Under the pieces are notes generated by a model. That model made no database searches and was not told where the DNA came from. It saw only the letters and a program-made list of their open reading frames with translations. A program made the translations under genes and the position numbers. 32,817 bases of DNA from NCBI GenBank assembly GCA_002352365.1, contig DEIJ01000171.1, positions 1-32,817 of the forward strand, written 5' to 3'. This DNA comes from Dehalococcoidia bacterium UBA2777. Its GTDB lineage: Bacteria; Chloroflexota; Dehalococcoidia; UBA2247; UBA2777. Shown here piece after piece: positions 17,158 through 25,552 of the stretch; the stretch's first letter is position 1, and every line of letters starts with the position of its first letter.

Positions 17158-18531
17158 TTACCCCCCGACAAGGCAGTGGCGAATCCTGAGGTGAGGACTG
17201 CCATTGGAAACAGGGAGAGGATATTGCCCTCCCTTACCACAGCCACCACCTTGATTTATTCCCAAATCATTACCAATAGCATCTATATTCTCCAAAGTTG
17301 CAAATACATTGCCAGTAAGCACTACAGGGCGCAGTAGTTCAGCTATCCTACCGTGGCGAATCATGTAGGCCTCACCCGCAGAGAAGGTAAACATCTCCAT
17401 GCTGGTGGTTCCTCCATACCAGTTCTTGACATATATCCCGGTCTTGATTTCGCCCATCATTTCCTCAAAAGAAACCGAGCCTGGCTCAATAAGGGTATTG
17501 GTCATGCGGACAATAGGAGGATACCGATAGCCTATTGCCCGAGCATTACTGGTAGGTGTCTCTTTCATCTTAGCTGCCGTTTCTCGAGAGTGGAGTCTGC
17601 CTACCAAGACTCCTTCCTGAATGAGATATGTCTTGGTGGCTGGTACCCCTTCGTCATCATATTTATAGCTGCCACGCAAATCAGGGATAGCTGCCCCATC
17701 AACGATGTTGAGATGCTTACCACCAAATCTGCGACCTAAAACCATAATCTCTCGCAGCTGCTCGTTCTCATAGACGAAGTCAGATTCGGACAGATGGCCG
17801 AAAGCTTCGTGAGCAAACACCCCAGCCAGCACCGGATCTAAGACTACAGTATATTCCCCACCCTCAACCTCAGGAGCCGAGAGCATCTCTACAGCAAGCC
17901 TAGCCGTCTCCTTCACCTGCTGATGAAGCCCTTCTATCTGGGCAAAGTTGCCATTGCTCCCCACGCTCAATCCGGCTTGCTGCACCTCTTCTCCCTCCCT
18001 GGCTATAGCAGTGATGCGAAGAGCCAGATCCGATTTATCCTGCTCGATGTAGCTACCTTCAGAATTGGCGAAAATCACCTTCTTGGAGCTATCTCTATAG
18101 GTTATGCTAGAGGTCTGAATCTGTGGAGTGCTCCAGATGATCTCGTTATATTCGTCAAGAAGAAGTTTCTTTTCCACCACCGGGACTGTGGCAGCATTTT
18201 TCTTTGTCATCACCCTAACTATATCAACTACTGGCTCAGCAGGGGCAAGTCGGGAGATCTCTTTTCCTACCAGACCCGCCTGTCTTATGGCTAATTCTAT
18301 TTTATCCCCCATTCCATTGACATTATTAAAGCTAACGAACCCCCATCCCCCCCGGACTTGCGCCCGCACATTGCCCCCTAAACTTTGGGACTTACTGAGG
18401 TTTTCCAGTTCTCTTCCCCGATACTGAATATGGGTAGCTTCACTCTCCTCAAGGCGAACCTCAATATAATCGGCATGGTATTTTTTCAATACCTCCCTCA
18501 TCTGGTCACCAAGAGCTTCACCCTTGTACAA
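17158..18531 (-). CDS. tldD: TldD metalloprotease
   Basis: It contains the HEAFGH zinc motif (GVFAHEAFGHLSE) and is 457 aa long. The start is TTG 18531, with a strong AAGGAGG RBS 7 nt upstream. Confidence 0.92.
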   Translation of the reverse strand: MYKGEALGDQMREVLKKYHADYIEVRLEESEATHIQYRGRELENLSKSQSLGGNVRAQVRGGWGFVSFNNVNGMGDKIELAIRQAGLVGKEISRLAPAEPVVDIVRVMTKKNAATVPVVEKKLLLDEYNEIIWSTPQIQTSSITYRDSSKKVIFANSEGSYIEQDKSDLALRITAIAREGEEVQQAGLSVGSNGNFAQIEGLHQQVKETARLAVEMLSAPEVEGGEYTVVLDPVLAGVFAHEAFGHLSESDFVYENEQLREIMVLGRRFGGKHLNIVDGAAIPDLRGSYKYDDEGVPATKTYLIQEGVLVGRLHSRETAAKMKETPTSNARAIGYRYPPIVRMTNTLIEPGSVSFEEMMGEIKTGIYVKNWYGGTTSMEMFTFSAGEAYMIRHGRIAELLRPVVLTGNVFATLENIDAIGNDLGINQGGGCGKGGQYPLPVSNGSPHLRIRHCLVGG

Positions 18532-18701
18532 TGACTATCCTCCTTAATTTGCTATCCAAGAAGATCAAGATTTTCCCGGCTGCTCCAATAAGCTTAACAG
18601 ATTCCATCCCCCAAATATACCCCGAAAAATTGAACATTTCGGTGGGTGGGGGAAGGTGGCCAGACTTTTTGGAGTCGGCTTTGTCAAAGAAAGTTGGTTA
18701 T

Positions 18702-18730
18702 AGTGTATAGAGGGAGCCCACAATTGTCAA
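18702..18730 (-). promoter_or_regulatory. Sigma70-like promoter for the tldD operon
   Basis: The minus strand reads TTGACA (18730-18725), a 17-nt spacer, then TACACT (18707-18702), immediately after the mnmE stop. Confidence 0.4.
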
Positions 18731-18731
18731 T

Positions 18732-20069
18732 CTACTTCCCAATGCAAAACTGGCTGAAGATGGTCTCGAGAAGATCCTGTTGGACTGTCTCACCGGTGAT
18801 TTCACCTAGAGTATTGAGAGCAGCGGTGAGGTCGATAGTGATAAAGTCATCGGGCAGGCTAGCTTCGAGGCTTGACAAAGCAGAAGTTAAGTGTCTCTCC
18901 GCCCTCCCTAAAGCATCCTTGTGACGCGGGTTACATACCACGATGACATCTGAGGTAAAAACCTTTCTGCCTAATACAGTGCTGACCATCTCTTGTTCCA
19001 ACTCCTCAATGCCCTTGCCATTAAGAGCAGAAGCAAAAACCACCTTCCCGGGCAGTTCAGTTATCTCAGCCTGGCAGGGCAAATCACACTTATTAGCTAT
19101 TACTAAAATAATCTTGTCCTGAAGCAATCCCATAATTTGCCTATCATCAGCGGTTAGTGGCCCACTTGCATCAACCACCAGGAGAACAAGATCGGCCTGC
19201 TCTATTGCCTTGCGGCTGCGTTCAATTCCAAGTGCTTCTACCGTATCTTTACTGTGGAAAATCCCCGCTGTATCCACTAAGATAAAAGGAATCCCCCCCA
19301 GGTTTATCATTTCCTCCACGGTATCTCGGGTAGTTCCCGGGATAGGGGTAACGATACAGCGGTCTTCTCGGAGCAGCCGGTTAAGCAAACTGGACTTACC
19401 CACATTGGGGCGTCCTACAATGGCAGTCCTCACCCCCTGGCGATAGATGATGCCATTATCAGCGGTGGCGATAAGTTGGCGCAAGCTATCACCAGCCTGG
19501 CTCAAAGGCCCCATTACCTCCTGCTCCTCTATCTCATCTTCGGGGAAGTCGATTCTAGCAGTGAGATAGGCGAGGATTGACATTAACTGGGTGCGGATTG
19601 CCTTTATTCTCGCTGACAGGCGTCCCTCTAGCCCGTTTACTGCCACTCTTAAGCCCGCTTGCGTTTTAGCCCGAATTACATCCAACACTGCCTCTGCTTG
19701 GGCTAAATCTATCCTGCCATTAAGGAAAGCTCGCAAGGTAAACTCGCCAGGATAAGCGAGTCTTGCCCCATAGCGTAACACCAGTTCCAAAATATATTGC
19801 AGTGGCAATGGCCCACCATGGCAGTTGATCTCCACTATATCTTCTGTGGTATAAGTGTGGGGTGAAGCCATGTAACACACCAGTACCTCATCTACCGCCT
19901 TATCGCTTTCAGGGTCGATGATGTGGCCATAGACCAGGCGGCGATTGGCAAGATGGCTAGAGAAGATCTTGTCCACAATCGAGCGAGCCTCTTGGCCACT
20001 GAGACGAACAATACCTATCCCACCCTCACCTAGGGGGGTAGAGATGGCAGCAATAGTATCTTGATACAT
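18732..20069 (-). CDS. mnmE: tRNA uridine-5-carboxymethylaminomethyl modification GTPase
   Basis: It has the G1 motif GRPNVGKSSL, DTAG, NKCD and the characteristic C-terminal CIGK. The product is 445 aa. Confidence 0.95.
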   Translation of the reverse strand: MYQDTIAAISTPLGEGGIGIVRLSGQEARSIVDKIFSSHLANRRLVYGHIIDPESDKAVDEVLVCYMASPHTYTTEDIVEINCHGGPLPLQYILELVLRYGARLAYPGEFTLRAFLNGRIDLAQAEAVLDVIRAKTQAGLRVAVNGLEGRLSARIKAIRTQLMSILAYLTARIDFPEDEIEEQEVMGPLSQAGDSLRQLIATADNGIIYRQGVRTAIVGRPNVGKSSLLNRLLREDRCIVTPIPGTTRDTVEEMINLGGIPFILVDTAGIFHSKDTVEALGIERSRKAIEQADLVLLVVDASGPLTADDRQIMGLLQDKIILVIANKCDLPCQAEITELPGKVVFASALNGKGIEELEQEMVSTVLGRKVFTSDVIVVCNPRHKDALGRAERHLTSALSSLEASLPDDFITIDLTAALNTLGEITGETVQQDLLETIFSQFCIGK

Positions 20070-20078
20070 CCTTTTCTA

Positions 20079-20107
20079 TCTATAACATAAAGGCAAAATG
20101 TTATCAA
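20079..20107 (-). promoter_or_regulatory. Sigma70-like promoter for mnmE
   Basis: The minus strand reads TTGATA (20107-20102), a 17-nt spacer, then TATAGA (20084-20079). The -35 box lies at the centre of the 20093-20115 palindrome. Confidence 0.45.
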
Positions 20108-20171
20108 CATTTTGCGCCGAAGCTATCCCTCGGTATCCTCCTGTGCTACAATTAAAAAATCGAGGTTAAAA

Positions 20172-20798
20172 GTGACCCGCATTATTATAATAAGGCATGG
20201 GCAAACTAAGTGGAATGAGGGGGAGGGGGAGAGATTCCGGGGGAGGGCAAACTTAGATTTAGATGAGCAGGGCATCAGGCAAGCCGAGGCGACAGCGGCC
20301 AGGATAAGCCAGTGGCAAGTAAATCGAATTTATTCTAGTCCACTGAAGCGGTCGATGAGCACAGCCCAAATCCTCGCTCGCCCTTTCAATCTTCAAGCGC
20401 AACCACTGGAGGGGCTTATTGATATAGATTTTGGCACCTGGCAGGGGCTTTCCCCCGCCGAAGTAGCTCGCCGGGATAGTGAACTTTACTCTTTATGGCT
20501 ACACTGCCCCCATTTAGTTACTTTCTCTCAGGGAGAAAGCCTGGATCAGGTTCGTGATAGGGTAGCTATCACCTTTGATAGGCTATTACAGCAACACCAA
20601 GGCCAAACTATTGTTGTTATCTCCCATAAGGTAGTATGTAAGGTTTTGATTTGTCATCTCATCGGCTTGGACAACTCTCATTTCTGGCAGGTGGAGCAGG
20701 ATACTTGTGCCATCAACCTTGTTGAGGTGAGGGATAGTGCTTTAGCCATAGCCTTACTTAACGATACCTGCCATCTCAAAAGGGTGAGGGTGAAGTGA
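20172..20798 (+). CDS. Histidine phosphatase family protein (phosphoglycerate mutase / CobC-like)
   Basis: It contains the IIIIRHGQTKWN (RHG) motif and a later ISHKVV motif. I placed the start at GTG 20172 because GAGGT lies 5 nt upstream. The ORF track extends to 20112. Confidence 0.8.
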   Translation: MTRIIIIRHGQTKWNEGEGERFRGRANLDLDEQGIRQAEATAARISQWQVNRIYSSPLKRSMSTAQILARPFNLQAQPLEGLIDIDFGTWQGLSPAEVARRDSELYSLWLHCPHLVTFSQGESLDQVRDRVAITFDRLLQQHQGQTIVVISHKVVCKVLICHLIGLDNSHFWQVEQDTCAINLVEVRDSALAIALLNDTCHLKRVRVK

Positions 20799-20799
20799 A

Positions 20800-21468
20800 A
20801 TGAACATCAGGGAAATCCTCAGGCTGTTAGAGCGAGAATATGGTGCCCGCTACTTGAAACCCGACCGAGAGCCGGTATCGGCACTAGTGATGACTATCCT
20901 TTCCCAGAACACTTCAGATGTGAACTCACATCGAGCCTTCAGCTCGCTTCTGGCTACCTTTGACAATTGGGAAGAGGTGGCTGCTACTGGCGTGGATGAT
21001 ATCGCCCAAGCTATCAGGTCGGGTGGGTTAGCTCAGGTCAAGGCAAAGCGAATCACCCAAGCGCTCCATGAGATCAAGAACAGGCGAGGTTCCCTTGACC
21101 TTGGTTTCTTAGCTGACCTCCCCTTAGCTGAAGCCAAATCTTGGTTAAGGGAGCTACCTGGGGTGGGGCCAAAAACAGCCGGATGCGTGCTGCTCTTCTC
21201 CTTGGGGAGACCTGCTTTGCCGGTAGATACCCATGTCTTCAGGGTAGCCAAGCGCTTGGGTTTAGTTGACTCTAAATCATCCCCAGAGGGAGTCCATCAG
21301 CTACTTGAGAGCCTGATCCCACCACAGAATATTTATCAGTTTCACCTTCACATGGTGGAGCATGGTCGCAAAATATGCCAAGCTCAGCGACCTCACTGCC
21401 AGGGCTGTGGATTCAACCAACTATGTCAACACTTTCTCCACTCAAGGCAAGGGGGAACCCCAAAATGA
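20800..21468 (+). CDS. nth: Endonuclease III / HhH-GPD base-excision glycosylase
   Basis: It contains the HhH motif LPGVGPKTA, the VDTHV motif and the Fe-S loop CQAQRPHCQGCGFNQLC. Confidence 0.9.
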   Translation: MNIREILRLLEREYGARYLKPDREPVSALVMTILSQNTSDVNSHRAFSSLLATFDNWEEVAATGVDDIAQAIRSGGLAQVKAKRITQALHEIKNRRGSLDLGFLADLPLAEAKSWLRELPGVGPKTAGCVLLFSLGRPALPVDTHVFRVAKRLGLVDSKSSPEGVHQLLESLIPPQNIYQFHLHMVEHGRKICQAQRPHCQGCGFNQLCQHFLHSRQGGTPK

Positions 21469-22505
21469 ACAAGATAAAGGTAGGAATTATCAATGTTACT
21501 GGCTATGTGGGGGCAGAGCTGGCTCGATTGCTTTGCCGCCACCTGGGGGTGGAGCTTATTTCGGTTACTGGGCGAAGTGAAGTAGGCAAGAAGCTGGGCG
21601 ATGTCTTCCCACATCTTTCCCCCATTGACTTAAGTATTGAAGCAGAGCCTGAGGATGCAGGGCTGGTTCTCTCCGCTTTGCCTCACAAGGCGAGTGCCGA
21701 GGTGGTATTGTCTCTACTTGAGAAGGGCATCAAAGTAGTCGACCTCAGCGCCGACTTCAGGCTGAAGGATGCAGAGGAATATCAGCAGTGGTATAAATTT
21801 ATCCACCCCGCCCCAGGGCTGCTCCGAGAGGCAGTCTATGGACTCACCGAACTCCATCGGCATCAAGTGGCCTCAAGCCGTCTGGTGGCTAACCCTGGCT
21901 GTTATCCCGTATCGGCCATCCTTGCCCTAGCCCCCCCAGTCAAAGAAGGGCTTATTTATCCCGACATCATCATTGACAGCAAGTCTGGTGTATCTGGAGC
22001 AGGGAGGGCTTTAAGTCTCAATGCCCACTACTCGGAAACGAGTGATAACGTCTCTGCCTACGCCCTGGAGGGGCATAGGCATCTTCCCGAGGTCATCCAA
22101 GAGTTGAAGGTACTTCATCCCAATTTCTCCCCCTCAATAACTTTTGTTCCCCATCTCGTGCCCATGACCCGAGGAATCTTGAGTTCCTGCTATGCCAAGC
22201 TTTTGGAGGGGAAGATGGCCAACAGCGAGAGAGGGAAAGCAGAATTGAAAGAGCTTTATCGAGGCTTTTATAAAGGTGAACCGTTTGTTAAAGTAGTTGA
22301 TACTCCACCACAAACCAAACAAACCTGGGGGAGTAACCTGTGCCTTATTTACCCCACTATTGACTTGAGGACAGGAAGACTTATAGTGATCAGTTGCCTC
22401 GACAACCTGGTAAAGGGGGCGGCAGGGCAGGCAGTTCAAAATATGAACTTGATGCTGGGCTTCCCTGAGACTATGGGGCTGGAGGCACTTGCAATTTACC
22501 CTTAG
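21465..22505 (+). CDS. argC: N-acetyl-gamma-glutamyl-phosphate reductase
   Basis: It begins MNKIKVGIINVTGYVGAEL and has the active-site motif NPGCYP. ATG 21465 overlaps the nth stop (ATGA). The ORF-track extension to 21375 lies inside nth. Confidence 0.92.
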   Translation: MNKIKVGIINVTGYVGAELARLLCRHLGVELISVTGRSEVGKKLGDVFPHLSPIDLSIEAEPEDAGLVLSALPHKASAEVVLSLLEKGIKVVDLSADFRLKDAEEYQQWYKFIHPAPGLLREAVYGLTELHRHQVASSRLVANPGCYPVSAILALAPPVKEGLIYPDIIIDSKSGVSGAGRALSLNAHYSETSDNVSAYALEGHRHLPEVIQELKVLHPNFSPSITFVPHLVPMTRGILSSCYAKLLEGKMANSERGKAELKELYRGFYKGEPFVKVVDTPPQTKQTWGSNLCLIYPTIDLRTGRLIVISCLDNLVKGAAGQAVQNMNLMLGFPETMGLEALAIYP

Positions 22506-22539
22506 ATAAGAGATAATGGTGCCTATATTGCCATCAGAT

Positions 22540-22568
22540 TTGGCAAGAGGAGGGTCATAATGTAAGAT
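22540..22568 (+). promoter_or_regulatory. Possible sigma70-like promoter for hflKC
   Basis: TTGGCA (22540-22545), a 17-nt spacer, then TAAGAT (22563-22568). Confidence 0.3.
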
Positions 22569-22617
22569 ATGGCGTGGGGTATTTCTCAAGTCACTATGGG
22601 AAGGAGGGATTAATGAG

Positions 22618-23652
22618 ATGAGCAGACAACCAAGAAGGCCGAGTAGAAGAGAGGCTCAGCCACCGGGGGAGGTCATGTGGCAGAGGGTGAGGAGATGGGG
22701 AGTAGGCAGATCGATTGGGATCGTGGTAGGGATTGTGGCGGTGATCTGGCTGTTATCGGGGATATATACCGTTGGTCCCGGCGAGGTGGCGGTGGTAAGG
22801 CAATTCGGCAGGGAAGTGGCCCAGACAGGCCCGGGACTAAACTACCACCTCCCCGGGCCCATCCAGAGGGCTGATAAAGTCAACATGGCCCAGATACGAA
22901 GGGCCGAGATCGGCTTTAGGACAGTGGTGATACCAGGGAGACCAGCCAAACACGAACCAAGGCTAGTGGAAGCGCTGATGCTCACTGGGGATGAAAACAT
23001 TGCTGATATCCAAGTCCTGGTGCAGTACAGGGTAAGGGATGCCTCGGAGTTTCTATTTAAGGTAAGAGCCCCGGAACAAGCCCTTCGAGCTGCAACTGAG
23101 GTTGCCTTGAGGGGTGTTATTGGCAAGACCAGTATTGATGATGCCATGACGGTGGGCAGGCCTCAGGTGGAAGCGGATACCAGAGATTTTTTGCAGCGGC
23201 TGCTAGATGACTACCACACCGGGCTGCAGGTAGTCGAAGTGAAGCTACTGGTGGTAGATCCTCCCGATGAGGTGAAAGACGCTTTCCATGAGGTGGTTCG
23301 TGCCCTGGAGGATAGGGACAGGCTTACCAGAGAAGCCGAAGGATACGCTGAGGATTTGGTCCCCAAAGCCAGGGGGGATGCCGAAAGGGAGATAAAAGCA
23401 GCCGAAGCCTATAAAGAGGCCAGGGTAAGTCGGGCTCAAGGGGATACAGCAAAGTTCCTCGAGGTTCTTGAGGAGTATCAGAAGGCAAAGGATGTGACCC
23501 GGGAGAGACTATATCTGGAGACGATAGAGGTGGTCTTGTCTGAGGTCGAGATATTTGTTATCGATCCCCAAGCTGGTGGTGGCAATCTATTGCAATTTCT
23601 ACCGCTAAAGGAAATGACGGAGCTGGAGAAACCCGAAGGCACAAGCCAGTAA
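22618..23652 (+). CDS. hflK: SPFH/band-7 protease modulator HflK
   Basis: It has an N-terminal basic tail, one TM segment, an SPFH domain (VGPGEVAVVRQFG) and a coiled-coil C-terminus. The RBS GGAAGGAGGG lies upstream. Confidence 0.88.
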   Translation: MSRQPRRPSRREAQPPGEVMWQRVRRWGVGRSIGIVVGIVAVIWLLSGIYTVGPGEVAVVRQFGREVAQTGPGLNYHLPGPIQRADKVNMAQIRRAEIGFRTVVIPGRPAKHEPRLVEALMLTGDENIADIQVLVQYRVRDASEFLFKVRAPEQALRAATEVALRGVIGKTSIDDAMTVGRPQVEADTRDFLQRLLDDYHTGLQVVEVKLLVVDPPDEVKDAFHEVVRALEDRDRLTREAEGYAEDLVPKARGDAEREIKAAEAYKEARVSRAQGDTAKFLEVLEEYQKAKDVTRERLYLETIEVVLSEVEIFVIDPQAGGGNLLQFLPLKEMTELEKPEGTSQ

Positions 23653-23684
23653 TTTGATGGAAAAACTTTCCAGGAGGTAGGCAA

Positions 23685-24545
23685 GTGAGAACATGGGCAA
23701 TTATAATAGTGGTGATAGTGGCTCTAATTGTGCTGGGCCAAAGTGTATTTAGGGTAGATGAGACGAAGCAGGTGATCATCACTCAATGGGGGGAGTATAA
23801 AAGGACAATCGATGAGCCAGGCCTGAATGTCAAAGCTCCTTTCATTCAAACGGCACACTCTTTTGAGAAGAGGGTGCTGGTCTCCGATGCCCCCCCCGCC
23901 GAGTATCTTACCCTGGACAAGAAGAGGTTGGTGGTGGACAGTTACACTCGGTGGCTGATTGTGGATCCGCTTCAATTTTATAAGACGGTGAGGAATGAGG
24001 CAGGAGCTATAGCCAGAATGGATGGCATCGTCTTTTCTGAGCTGAGGCGTGAACTGTCAGCGCATAATTTTAGGGAAATAATCGGTGAGCAAAGGGAGCC
24101 CATTATGGAAACTGTAGCCCACAGGTCCGGTGAGATAGTGGGGGACTTTGGGATACAGATCATAGATGTGAGAGTAAAGAGGATTGATCTGCCTGACGAG
24201 GTTCAAGCCAGTGTCTTCGCCCGGATGGACGCGGAAAGAGGAAGAATAGCCAAAAGGTATCGTGCTGAAGGAGAGGAGCAGGCGAGGATACTCAGAGCAC
24301 AGGCAGATAAAGAGGCAACCATTATCTTGGCTGAGGCTTACAGGGAGAGCAAAACACTACGGGGGGAGGGAGATGCCGAGGCTACTGCAGTTTATGCCGC
24401 TGCCTTTGGACAAGACCCCGAGTTTTATTCCTTCTTAAGAACCCTGGAGGCATACGAAAGGTTCTTGCCGGGTGGAAACACGCTGGTGCTGGGAGCTGAT
24501 TCAGAGTTGTTTAGGTATCTGGAGAGCCCAGAGCCACAGAAGTAG
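23685..24545 (+). CDS. hflC: SPFH/band-7 protease modulator HflC
   Basis: The start is GTG, after an AGGAGG RBS. It has an N-terminal TM segment and an SPFH domain, and it is paired with hflK. Confidence 0.88.
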   Translation: MRTWAIIIVVIVALIVLGQSVFRVDETKQVIITQWGEYKRTIDEPGLNVKAPFIQTAHSFEKRVLVSDAPPAEYLTLDKKRLVVDSYTRWLIVDPLQFYKTVRNEAGAIARMDGIVFSELRRELSAHNFREIIGEQREPIMETVAHRSGEIVGDFGIQIIDVRVKRIDLPDEVQASVFARMDAERGRIAKRYRAEGEEQARILRAQADKEATIILAEAYRESKTLRGEGDAEATAVYAAAFGQDPEFYSFLRTLEAYERFLPGGNTLVLGADSELFRYLESPEPQK

Positions 24546-24556
24546 AAACATATACT

Positions 24557-24629
24557 GCCCTCATCGTCTAGAGGACTAGGACATCGGCCTTTCAAGCCGA
24601 AAACAGGGATTCGAATTCCCTTGGGGGCA
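24557..24629 (+). tRNA. tRNA-Glu (anticodon TTC)
   Basis: The sequence reads GCCCTCA-TC-GTC..GAC-A-TCGGC-CTTTCAA-GCCGA-AAAC-AGGGA-TTCGAAT-TCCCT-TGGGGGC-A. All stems pair. Length is 73 nt and CCA is not encoded. Confidence 0.9.
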
Positions 24630-24751
24630 TTATATTATCCTCGCAATTGCCCGTTGGCCCTATTTCCTTATCTCCTTCATAAGGTGATATTTTCACAGAA
24701 CAGCTATAGGGTGACAATATTGTAGAACATTAACAAACACATCCGGACCTA

Positions 24752-24780
24752 TTGACTTGCCACGCTAAACCTTATAATAT
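24752..24780 (+). promoter_or_regulatory. Sigma70-like promoter for rnc
   Basis: TTGACT (24752-24757), then either a 17-nt spacer and TAATAT (24775-24780) or a 15-nt spacer and TATAAT (24773-24778). Confidence 0.45.
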
Positions 24781-24824
24781 ATCTTAGCAATCTGGTAATA
24801 GCAATGGGAGCCAAAGGAGAGGGA

Positions 24825-25517
24825 ATGGCTGATTGGGCTGCATTTCAGAACATCATCAGGGTCGCGTTCAAGGATGTAACTCTTCTCCAGCAATCTCTCG
24901 TTCACCGTTCCTATCTGAATGAAGATCCCGATTTTTCCCTCTCCTCCAATGAGCGTCTTGAGTTCCTCGGGGATGCCTTGCTGGACTTGGTGATCGCCGA
25001 AAAGTTCTACCAACACCCAGCTATGCTAAGTGAAGGAGAAATGACCAAGCTCAGAGCTGCTCTAGTGGGTAGAGAGAATTTAGCTCACTTAGCTTCATCT
25101 CTGGGGTTGGGGAATTATCTTTATCTTGGTCAAGGTGAGGAGAAAAGCGCTGGGCGCCAGAAACCCAGGAATCTGGCTTGTGCCTTGGAGGCGCTAGTTG
25201 GGGCCATCTTTCTCGATCAAGGCTACCTCACCGCGAGGGATTTTATTTTGGGAATCTTTGCCCCGAGCATTCAAAAGGCAATGAATAATGAATTATTTAT
25301 CGATTATAAGTCCCAGTTACAAGAGATAGCTCAAGCAACACGAAAAGAGACGCCGCTATACCGTGTTGTAGCTGCTGAGGGGCCGGAGCATGAGAAGAGG
25401 TTCACTGTGGAAGTGGTGATAGGACATGAAGTATTAGGCAGAGGGAAAGGCAGAAGTAAGCAGGCGGCCGAAAAGCAAGCCGCTCGGCACTGCTTAGAAG
25501 CTTTATCAGCACTTTAG
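24825..25517 (+). CDS. rnc: Ribonuclease III
   Basis: It carries the signature NERLEFLGDALL and a C-terminal dsRBD (GRGKGRSKQAAEKQAA). I placed the start at ATG 24825, after AAAGGAGAGGGA. The ORF-track start is 24804. Confidence 0.92.
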   Translation: MADWAAFQNIIRVAFKDVTLLQQSLVHRSYLNEDPDFSLSSNERLEFLGDALLDLVIAEKFYQHPAMLSEGEMTKLRAALVGRENLAHLASSLGLGNYLYLGQGEEKSAGRQKPRNLACALEALVGAIFLDQGYLTARDFILGIFAPSIQKAMNNELFIDYKSQLQEIAQATRKETPLYRVVAAEGPEHEKRFTVEVVIGHEVLGRGKGRSKQAAEKQAARHCLEALSAL

Positions 25518-25552
25518 AAAGATAAAGTCACTTTCGCTATCCCCATCATGCC

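Noticed and set aside
18518-18637. A 39-codon minus-strand sORF (MFNFSGYIWGMESVKLIGAAGKILIFLDSKLRRIVIVQG) just upstream of tldD and overlapping its start, considered as a possible TldD/E substrate precursor
   Set aside because: It has no Shine-Dalgarno sequence before its ATG. It overlaps the strong tldD RBS and start in another frame, and it has no Cys/Ser/Gly-rich core typical of processed peptides. It is most likely a chance ORF in the leader.
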